Positions 56,994 to 64,000 of a stretch of DNA of 64,000 nt are shown here, in pieces. Source of the DNA: Patescibacteria group bacterium. GTDB taxonomy: Bacteria > Patescibacteriota > WWE3 > 0-14-0-20-40-13. The position numbers were made by a program, and so were the translations under genes. The notes beneath the pieces are model-generated. The model made no database searches and was not told where the DNA came from. It saw nothing but the letters and a program-made list of their open reading frames with translations. The stretch's first letter is position 1. Every line of letters starts with the position of its first letter. Where the stretch lies: positions 3,776 through 67,775 of the forward strand of contig JAHINB010000003.1 of assembly GCA_018896215.1 (NCBI GenBank). Direction: 5' to 3'.

Positions 56994-58655
56994 TCACTCA
57001 ATTTTTAAATCTTTAATGGTTGTTTCGATTGCAGTTTTTCCATTAAAAGTGTTTTCGGAGATAGAGTAAGCAACTGATACATTTTGTCCCAGTGATAGCT
57101 TATCGTAGTGATTTTCCGCCCCATTAAAAACCTTGCCCACAATTTTAAAGTTTGAGTTTTCTCCGTCACACAAAACAATTTTTAGATGATTAGATGCTTT
57201 GCCAAATCTGGAGAATCCGCAAACCTTAACCTGCGTGGAGTAAAAAACTGGAGTGGGGTTGCCAAGACCAAACGGCTCCATTTGTTTAATTAGTGCCAAC
57301 AGATTAGCCTTTACTAAACCTAATGGAATTTCGGTATCTACCTCTACAAAAGGCAAAAGCAATTTGGGATCAATCTCTTTTTCCGCTAGATCTTGCGCCT
57401 GCTTGATAAATTTTTGCAGCTTATCCGATTTTAAAGAGAATCCGGCAGCGGCTTTATGACCGCCAACGCTCCCAAAAACACCCTTAATTTTACGGAGGAA
57501 ACTAGTAAGATCAAATCCAGGAACGGATCTTGCCGACGCTTTGCAGTTTTCTCCGTTTACGCTAATAACAATTGCGGGTAAAAAATACTTTTGAGTTAAT
57601 TTTTGTGCCACTAACCCAATGACTCCTTCATGAAACCCTTCACCATAACAAACAATAAGTTTCTTGCCTATTATCTTTTTGACCTCCTCATCGGCATTTA
57701 AAAATATCTCGTCGGTTGTGGCTTGCCTTTCTAAATTTATCTCGTTGAGACTTTTGGCAATTTCCTCACCCTGCTTGGCATTATTTGTACATAAAAGCCT
57801 TAAAGCGTCAATCCCATGAGAAATTCTTCCAGCGGCGTTTAATCTTGGTCCAATAATCCACCCGACTTCGTAGGGGGTGATAATTTTATTTTCTATTCCT
57901 GCTACTTTAATAAGTTCTTTTATACCAACTCTGTTGGATTTTGATAGATGTGGTAGTCCGTATTTTACAATACTGCGATTGATATCCAGTAATGGTTGTA
58001 GATCAGCAATAGTTGCCAGTGTTGCTAAATCTAAGGAATCTTCATCACTTTTGTTATGAATATACGATGAGAGCATGTAGGCAATTCCTCCAGAGCAAAG
58101 TTTTAGAGTGTGTAGAATGACTTTGGCATCAGGTAACTTTTTTGGAAGTTCGTGATGATCAATTATGGCAACGGTAAATCCTAATGATTTGGCGTATGCA
58201 ACTTCGTCAACTGCTGTAATTCCACAATCAATAGCAATCAATAATGGTTTAGCACCAACGCCAATTTTTTGAGCAATGGCGTCAATGGATTTTTTGGTTA
58301 GTCCATAGCCATGCTCAAACCTATTGGGAATAAAAGGCAAGCAATTCCTGTGTCCTAGACTTTTGTAAATCAGTTCCCACAAAATGGCTGTTGCCGTGAT
58401 TCCATCCACATCATAATCTCCGTGGACGATTACGAATGAGTTATCGTTAATGGCTTTTCTAATCAGCTTTTCTAATTTGGAAAGGCTTGGAGCGTATTTT
58501 CCAAAAATTTCTTTGGGTTTACCCAGATATGTATAAGGGTGTGGGGGATTAAGAAAGGCCTCAACATCTTCCCCTGCTCGGTTTTCCAATAGAATTTCTT
58601 CCACCTGTTTTAAATTTGTCGTGATCGCCTTACTATTTTTATTTCGTATCTCCAT
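56994..58655 (-). CDS. recJ: ssDNA exonuclease RecJ
   Basis: GDYDVDG, DCG, DHH, PRLNAAGR, GGHKAAAG, EPFGLGNP. Confidence 0.96.
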   Translation of the reverse strand: MEIRNKNSKAITTNLKQVEEILLENRAGEDVEAFLNPPHPYTYLGKPKEIFGKYAPSLSKLEKLIRKAINDNSFVIVHGDYDVDGITATAILWELIYKSLGHRNCLPFIPNRFEHGYGLTKKSIDAIAQKIGVGAKPLLIAIDCGITAVDEVAYAKSLGFTVAIIDHHELPKKLPDAKVILHTLKLCSGGIAYMLSSYIHNKSDEDSLDLATLATIADLQPLLDINRSIVKYGLPHLSKSNRVGIKELIKVAGIENKIITPYEVGWIIGPRLNAAGRISHGIDALRLLCTNNAKQGEEIAKSLNEINLERQATTDEIFLNADEEVKKIIGKKLIVCYGEGFHEGVIGLVAQKLTQKYFLPAIVISVNGENCKASARSVPGFDLTSFLRKIKGVFGSVGGHKAAAGFSLKSDKLQKFIKQAQDLAEKEIDPKLLLPFVEVDTEIPLGLVKANLLALIKQMEPFGLGNPTPVFYSTQVKVCGFSRFGKASNHLKIVLCDGENSNFKIVGKVFNGAENHYDKLSLGQNVSVAYSISENTFNGKTAIETTIKDLKIE

Positions 58656-58658
58656 TTT

Positions 58659-58707
58659 ATTCGGGTTCGTCCCATTCGGGTTCGTCCCATTTGGGACGAA
58701 CCCGAAT
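58659..58707. repeat. RAYT-flanking REP, core TTCGT, with tandem duplication of the left arm
   Basis: (ATTCGGGTTCGTCCC)x2-ATTT-GGGACGAACCCGAAT. Confidence 0.92.
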
Positions 58708-58713
58708 TAGGAA

Positions 58714-59343
58714 CTAAATAAATATTCCTTGTTTTGGATTATATTCTATTTCTTTAGCGTAAGAATCTATCTTACTCCAGTTAGTAGATTGAACTAAAGT
58801 TGGATGTAGGTTTAACCAGGGTAAATCTCGGTTATTTATGTAATTTTGTAACGAAGAGTACTTATATTCAGACGACCCACCAACAATCCCCGACTTGTAT
58901 GGGTTTAAGTGAATATATCTTCCTACATGGATAAGTTGAGCTTCTGTAATTATTGGAACTGCTCTGTAACACCCTTGGATTAAAGGTCCCTCCCTTGAAT
59001 ATTTCTCATTAAAGAACCCCGCATACACGGAGAGAATTCTTTTGGAAAATTCTTTTATTCCATAGTCTACTAAATTCTTACATAAAATGTGAAAGTGGTT
59101 GGGCATTAGGCAATATGCATAGAGCTCAAGTTGTCCAAAAACGCTGTTGGCTGGAATTTCTACTTCTTTCTTAGCAATTATTCTGCTTTCTTTAAAATCT
59201 TTAGTTAGGTATTTCTTAAGAAGGTAGATAAAGAATATGTAATCTTCGTGATCCAAAAACATCTCACACCTGTTAATTCCACGACCGTAAATGTGGAAAG
59301 TAATATCTGGCTTGTGGGTTTTACAGCGATTTTTATATGGCAT
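58714..59343 (-). mobile_element. REP-associated tyrosine transposase (RAYT, Y1 HUH family)
   Basis: FHIYGRG, YCLMPNHFHIL (HUH), RYIHLNP, YKYSS; flanked on both sides by the same palindrome. Confidence 0.9.
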
Positions 59344-59348
59344 TTTTC

Positions 59349-59381
59349 ATTCGGGTTCGTCCCATTTGGGACGAACCCGAT
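59349..59381. repeat. RAYT-flanking REP, core TTCGT
   Basis: ATTCGGGTTCGTCCC-ATTT-GGGACGAACCCGAT, just upstream of the RAYT ATG. Confidence 0.92.
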
Positions 59382-59392
59382 TTAGAAAAAGT

Positions 59393-59965
59393 TTACGATG
59401 GTTTAATTAAAAGTGCAAGAAATTCTGTATTTCCACCTTTTGATCCGACAATTGGTGATCTTACAATTTCTAAAATTTTTCCACCTTCTTGCTCAATATC
59501 TCTTTTAACTTTATTTAATACTACTTGAGTAAACTTGTCTTCTAATCTGCCTCGGGTAAGCATTCCCCTTTCTGCCTCGTAGTGAGGTTTTATCAAAGAG
59601 ACTATTTTTCCTTGGGGTTTTAAATTAGCCAGCGCATTGGGAATAATTTTACTTTGAGGAGTCCAGCCGACATCAACGGTAATAAAATCTACAGGTTCGG
59701 GGAGGTTTATAAAAATAGCGTTGGTTTTTTCTAGCACTTTTACCCTAGCGTCATTCCTCAACTTCCAATCTAATACCCCATACCCTGTGTCAACGGCATA
59801 AACTTTTGTAGCCCCGTGTTGTAGCATGCAGTCAGTAAAGCCTCCAGTTGAGCATCCAAAATCCGCGCAGATTTTATCCTTCAAGTCAATTTTAAATGTA
59901 TTAAGGGCGTGTTCTAACTTTTCCCCCGCTCGGGATACAAACATTTTATCTGTAGATGATTGCAT
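59393..59965 (-). CDS. tlyA: TlyA-family rRNA methyltransferase lacking the S4 domain
   Basis: FVSRAGEKL, DFGCSTGGFTDC, VYAVDTG, LIKPHYE, SPI.G.KGGN.EFL. Confidence 0.85.
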   Translation of the reverse strand: MQSSTDKMFVSRAGEKLEHALNTFKIDLKDKICADFGCSTGGFTDCMLQHGATKVYAVDTGYGVLDWKLRNDARVKVLEKTNAIFINLPEPVDFITVDVGWTPQSKIIPNALANLKPQGKIVSLIKPHYEAERGMLTRGRLEDKFTQVVLNKVKRDIEQEGGKILEIVRSPIVGSKGGNTEFLALLIKPS

Positions 59966-59996
59966 TGGAAAATTTTAGCACAATACGATTAAATTA

Positions 59997-60049
59997 TTAG
60001 GGAGAGTCCCTAAAAACGGGATCAGAGGTATTTAAGGGACTCTCCCTAA
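59997..60049. repeat. REP-like inverted pair, core AGAGT, 25-nt spacer
   Basis: TTAGGGAGAGTCCC-N25-GGGACTCTCCCTAA. Confidence 0.8.
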
Positions 60050-60136
60050 AAATCAATAAATACAATTTGTATAATTGGATAAATTAGAATAATTGGAAGT
60101 TGTGATGGTCGTGTGAGTCTAAAAACAGGGTTTTTT

Positions 60137-60847
60137 CTAGTTGGTAAATTTAAAGGTGGAGAGAATTTTATTGCCAATCTCAAATAACTCTTCCTTATTA
60201 GGGTTTCTGTAGTCAATTGACAACTCAATGTCGTATAATAGCCCGTTTTTCTCAAAACGAAGATCTACTCGAGATGCTTTACTCGAAGAATCAGAATAAA
60301 TCCATGTAAGCTTATAACCATTTGCTCCATCTGTTGTAGTCTCTTCTCCCTTTCCTTGATAGTTCTTTTCCCAAGAATCCAAAACATTTTTAGCCATTTG
60401 TAGGTTACTGTTTATTGATGTAGCTATTGTTGATATAGAAATCCTATCATTAAAAGGTGTTTTAGAATACTCCACTTTTGCAACGGAGTTCATTCCCATA
60501 TCAATACTTGGTCTATAATTCTCGTCATCTTCCTCGCTCCTAAGTAACCACCCCTCTGGGTACTTAATAGAATATTTTCCTTTGATACTAGTATATGTTT
60601 TCCAGCCGGCGGTGGGGTCGGGTGATGGGGCAACAGATACAGCTGTTGTGTCAGTTGGTTTTGTGGTTGGAGTTAATGCTTTTTTGTAAACTACAATTCC
60701 AGCAATGGTTAAGACGATAATTAGCAAAACGGCAATTAGTACTTTTGGAAGACTAGATTTTGCTTTTGGTTCTTCTTGTTGTGGGATTTGGATAGGTTGT
60801 TCAACTGGGGCTTGTTCTATTGGGGTTGGGTCGGTTTGGTTTTCCAT
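60137..60847 (-). CDS. Membrane-anchored PsbP-like domain protein (CPR-typical)
   Basis: Pro/Gln-rich N-terminus, TM, DPTAGWKTY..YSIKYP.GW, KILSTFKF. Confidence 0.7.
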   Translation of the reverse strand: MENQTDPTPIEQAPVEQPIQIPQQEEPKAKSSLPKVLIAVLLIIVLTIAGIVVYKKALTPTTKPTDTTAVSVAPSPDPTAGWKTYTSIKGKYSIKYPEGWLLRSEEDDENYRPSIDMGMNSVAKVEYSKTPFNDRISISTIATSINSNLQMAKNVLDSWEKNYQGKGEETTTDGANGYKLTWIYSDSSSKASRVDLRFEKNGLLYDIELSIDYRNPNKEELFEIGNKILSTFKFTN

Positions 60848-60906
60848 ATTTTAAATACTACCACCGCTTTTTAGTCAATGCAATAATTGCAATTTGGATG
60901 ACTTTT

Positions 60907-60957
60907 TCGGGTGAGACCCCGATACAAAAAGCAAATACCCTTTGGGGTCTCACCCGA
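60907..60957. repeat. REP-like inverted pair, core TGAGA, 25-nt spacer
   Basis: TCGGGTGAGACCC-N25-GGGTCTCACCCGA. Confidence 0.8.
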
Positions 60958-60962
60958 TAGAA

Positions 60963-61832
60963 TCATTTCTTTTTGGCTAACTGTTTCCAGACAACCAGAA
61001 GTGGAGCGGCGGTGAAAGTGGAGGAGTAGGTTCCGGAAATTGTTCCCACCAAAAGCGCCAAAACAAACCATTTAATAGTCTCTCCTCCCAGCAAAAATAG
61101 AGCCAACAACATAAAAATTATGGTCATGGAGTTATTAAACGACCTAGTGATTGTTTCTGTTAACGCTTTATTGACTAAATTTTCAAATTTGGCGTTTGGC
61201 TGGTGCTTTAACGACTCTCTAATTCTATCATAAACTACAATCGTGTCATGAACACTAAAAGAAAGAATCGTCAAAACTGCGGTAACTATCAAAACATCAA
61301 TCTCTACCCCCTTAAAATGTCCCAAAAAGCTAAAAACGCCAAGCAAAATTATAGTGTCGTGAAACATAGCAATAATTGCCGAAATTCCAAACATCTTATC
61401 TTTAAATTGCCTTGCCACATGTAGCAAAATAAAAAACGAGGCAAGAATAACCGCAGCCACAGTCTTAAACACCAATTCTTTGCCAACTGAAGGTCCCACG
61501 CTTTCAAACGATATTTCCTGGAACTCACCGCCAGCCTCCTTAATTTTGCTTTGAAATGTAGAATATTGGCTTTGCGTAACCTCTTTGGATTTAATTAGGT
61601 AAATACCTTGTTGATTGGTAAAATTTGATATTTCTATACCAGATTCTTTGGCGAATGCTTTAACTTGCTCGTCTTGAAAATTGGAATTTGATAATTGGAA
61701 TTTTAAAGCCGTCCCGCCGGTAAACTCAACCGAGGGTTTTAAGCCCCACATGGCAAGCCCAAAAATAGAAGGAAGAACAAACGACAGCGAAAAGGCAAAA
61801 TAGTAATATTTAAAACGCATAAAATTGATCAT
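60963..61832 (-). CDS. secF: Protein translocase subunit SecF
   Basis: EFTGG, SVGPSVGKEL, FSVHDTIVVYDRIRE, GTYSS. Confidence 0.95.
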   Translation of the reverse strand: MINFMRFKYYYFAFSLSFVLPSIFGLAMWGLKPSVEFTGGTALKFQLSNSNFQDEQVKAFAKESGIEISNFTNQQGIYLIKSKEVTQSQYSTFQSKIKEAGGEFQEISFESVGPSVGKELVFKTVAAVILASFFILLHVARQFKDKMFGISAIIAMFHDTIILLGVFSFLGHFKGVEIDVLIVTAVLTILSFSVHDTIVVYDRIRESLKHQPNAKFENLVNKALTETITRSFNNSMTIIFMLLALFLLGGETIKWFVLALLVGTISGTYSSTFTAAPLLVVWKQLAKKK

Positions 61833-63166
61833 TTTCGTATACGATAGAAAACTCTAATTAAATTGCGCGAGACCACAATTCCGGTAAAAAGAGAAATCAC
61901 AATTCCCAAAAACAGTGTCAGCGCAAAGCCTCTTATTGGTCCGGAAGTATGTAGAAATGACCAGTTAAAAGGATTAAACAAAATGAAAGCGGTAATAATG
62001 GTGGCAATATTGGAATCTCTTATCGAATCCCAGGCCCTGCCAAACCCCAGTTCCATAGCAATAGAAAGAGGCTTTCCCATTCTTATTTCTTCTTTAATTC
62101 GCTCAAAAATTAAAATATTAGCATCCACCGCCATCCCAATAGACAAAATAAATCCTGCAATTCCCGATAGGGTCAGGGTAACCGGTATCAGTTTATAAAT
62201 TGCTAAAGTAATTAGACCATAGATAATAAGAGCTATATCAGCAAGGATTCCTAATCTGCCGTAAAGCGCAACCATAAAGATCATAACAATTAAAAGTCCC
62301 ACAATTCCCGCAACCGCGCTTTTTTTAACCGATTCTAAACCAAGAGTTGGAGGGACATTCTCTTGGCTTAATATAGTAAGAGGTACTGGAAGTGATCCGG
62401 CATTAAGTAGTCGTACTACTTGATTAATCTCTGCAAGAGTGAACTCGCCAGTAATTTGTGCCTGACCACCACTTATCGTTTCTTTGACCATTGGTGATTG
62501 CAGAACCCTTTCGTCAAGCATAATCGGTAGCATTCTATCTACATTTTTAGCGGTAACCTCCTCGAACTTTTTCCCTCCCTCGGTGGTAAATTCCAACGAG
62601 ATGTAAGGTTTATTATTATTAGGATCAAAAGCAACACTGGCCCTTTTTAAATCTTTTCCCGAAAGTCCTGCGGGTTCAAAATCATCTATAGTTGTGGGTG
62701 TATCAATACCTTCTTTTAATTGTCTAAATTCCAAAAATGCCACCTGTGAAAGTTCGTTAATTGCCTGTTGCGGATCTGTTACTCCTGGAAGTTCCACGAC
62801 AATTCTGGAGTAGTCTTTACTTTTTAAAGTTAATATCGAGGGTTCCGAGACTCCCAAGGAATTAATTCTGCGCTCAATTATGGCTCTTGCCGATTCCAAA
62901 CTAGCAGTTTGATTCGCCGTTTCTACTTGAGACATATCGGCGTTTAGCGTAACCCTGACACCGCCTTTTATATCTAATCCTTGCTTAATTTGTAAATCTC
63001 TGACAAATCGTCCGCCAAAAAGGTTTAGGCTATAGCCGCCAATTTCGGTGTCAATTTTAAAGTTTTCGTAGGAAAATTTAAGAGGTATTTTGGGAAGATC
63101 GATTAACAGAGAAACACCAGATAACAAAATAACCGCCAGCAATGTAATTTTCGGAGTAATAGGCAT
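61829..63166 (-). CDS. secD: Protein translocase subunit SecD
   Basis: GLDIKGG, RRINSLGVSEP, IVVELPG, GSLPVP, GMAVDANILIFERIKEE. Confidence 0.95.
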   Translation of the reverse strand: MPITPKITLLAVILLSGVSLLIDLPKIPLKFSYENFKIDTEIGGYSLNLFGGRFVRDLQIKQGLDIKGGVRVTLNADMSQVETANQTASLESARAIIERRINSLGVSEPSILTLKSKDYSRIVVELPGVTDPQQAINELSQVAFLEFRQLKEGIDTPTTIDDFEPAGLSGKDLKRASVAFDPNNNKPYISLEFTTEGGKKFEEVTAKNVDRMLPIMLDERVLQSPMVKETISGGQAQITGEFTLAEINQVVRLLNAGSLPVPLTILSQENVPPTLGLESVKKSAVAGIVGLLIVMIFMVALYGRLGILADIALIIYGLITLAIYKLIPVTLTLSGIAGFILSIGMAVDANILIFERIKEEIRMGKPLSIAMELGFGRAWDSIRDSNIATIITAFILFNPFNWSFLHTSGPIRGFALTLFLGIVISLFTGIVVSRNLIRVFYRIRK

Positions 63167-63179
63167 CTTATTTGAGGGA

Positions 63180-63758
63180 TTAAATCTTGCAGTACTTATC
63201 CTCTTCGCCAATAAAAATAATTCTAGCTTGGGTTAGAACTTTTACAATAAAGGGGTCGAGGCGTTTTTTTCTAAAGTCAAATTCATCTTCTCCCATAACG
63301 CAGTAGTTTATTTCGCGCCCCAGCTTTTCTTGCTGTTTTTCAATAATTGCTTTTAATACTTTTACATCTATAGTGCCAACTAAAAGCAAATCAACATCTT
63401 CGGCCCCGCTTTTACGACCAGTAATAAATTCTTTGGATACGAGCGCAAATTTAACTTTTCCTAGCGATTTTTGCTCGTTTAAAATTTTAGATGCTAAACC
63501 TTGTTCTTTTTCCCAACAGGACAAAAGATCCCAGTAGTAGGGATATTCTTTTTTTATTCTGTAGTAAACTCGATTTCCTTGAGTTTCTCTTCTTATCAGA
63601 CCCGCTTTAAACAAATTGTCTAATTCACGCCTGATGGCATTAATTTCTGTTCCAACTCGCCTTGTTATTTCTCTTACATGAAGACCAGTATTATCTTGAG
63701 ACAAAAACAACGAGAGGATTTTAACCCTTACTTTAGAAGTAATCAAATCTTGTAGCAT
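63180..63758 (-). CDS. ArsR-like wHTH protein with nucleotidyltransferase-like C-terminus
   Basis: SKVRVKIL, HVREITR, NAIRREL, DVDLLLVG, GREINY. Confidence 0.75.
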   Translation of the reverse strand: MLQDLITSKVRVKILSLFLSQDNTGLHVREITRRVGTEINAIRRELDNLFKAGLIRRETQGNRVYYRIKKEYPYYWDLLSCWEKEQGLASKILNEQKSLGKVKFALVSKEFITGRKSGAEDVDLLLVGTIDVKVLKAIIEKQQEKLGREINYCVMGEDEFDFRKKRLDPFIVKVLTQARIIFIGEEDKYCKI

Positions 63759-63760
63759 TT

Positions 63761-64000
63761 TTAAGTTGTCTGGTAAGAGACAGTATTACCAGATGGAACT
63801 ATTTCGATCCAAATTTGCCCGCGGTTTAATTCTACAGGAACTCCAGCAGAATCGAAATACTTTGTTCGTGATCTTGACGATTGCTTTGACCAAGTAGCCA
63901 CAATTCTTTGACCATCTCGATATATTTCGGCTTGTCCAGTACCTAGCGTTTGGTACATCAGGTGGTTCTTTTTGTCGCCAACGGAAGTCTCCTTCTCAAA
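63761..64000 (-). CDS. DUF3048 family protein, C-terminal part (truncated by window end)
   Basis: GTG.A..YRDG..ATWSK..G..V.LNRGQIWIEIVP. Confidence 0.8.
   Translation of the reverse strand, partial: FEKETSVGDKKNHLMYQTLGTGQAEIYRDGQRIVATWSKQSSRSRTKYFDSAGVPVELNRGQIWIEIVPSGNTVSYQTT

Noticed and set aside
58659-59381. Repeats read as a CRISPR array
   Set aside because: Only two palindromes and a duplicated arm flank a transposase; there are no regular spacers and no cas genes.

Overview
AT-rich bacterial chromosome segment that looks like a Patescibacteria/CPR genome, probably WWE3/Microgenomates-like. This is inferred from the tandem T4SS-type pilins, DUF4012/DUF3048/DUF5657-like genes, tRNA-Arg(GCG) and leaderless-type promoters. 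It uses the standard code 11. Housekeeping content: recF end, smpB-ssrA, comF, hrcA-grpE-dnaK-dnaJ with a CIRCE, rsmA, two FemABX genes, murG-like, gltX, lemA-htpX, recJ, tlyA-like, secDF and three tRNAs. Accessory content: three AAA+/DUF4143 ATPases, three nucleotidyltransferase toxin-antitoxin loci, a 9-gene pilin array and several point-mutation pseudogenes. Five things stand out. (1) A RAYT transposase with a dispersed palindrome family GGG-N5-CCC..GGG-N5'-CCC whose 5-nt core differs between copies, several copies lying in frame inside proteins. (2) A GC-rich, Shine-Dalgarno-led nucleoside uptake/salvage cassette between host-like PRTase genes and next to a non-canonical radical SAM gene. 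(3) A divergent PurA-family enzyme with altered substrate loops. (4) A fusion of branched-chain polyamine synthase with a SAM decarboxylase domain. (5) A second hairpin-repeat family around tmRNA and a GIY-YIG gene. All family calls come from motif recognition by eye; no searches were run.
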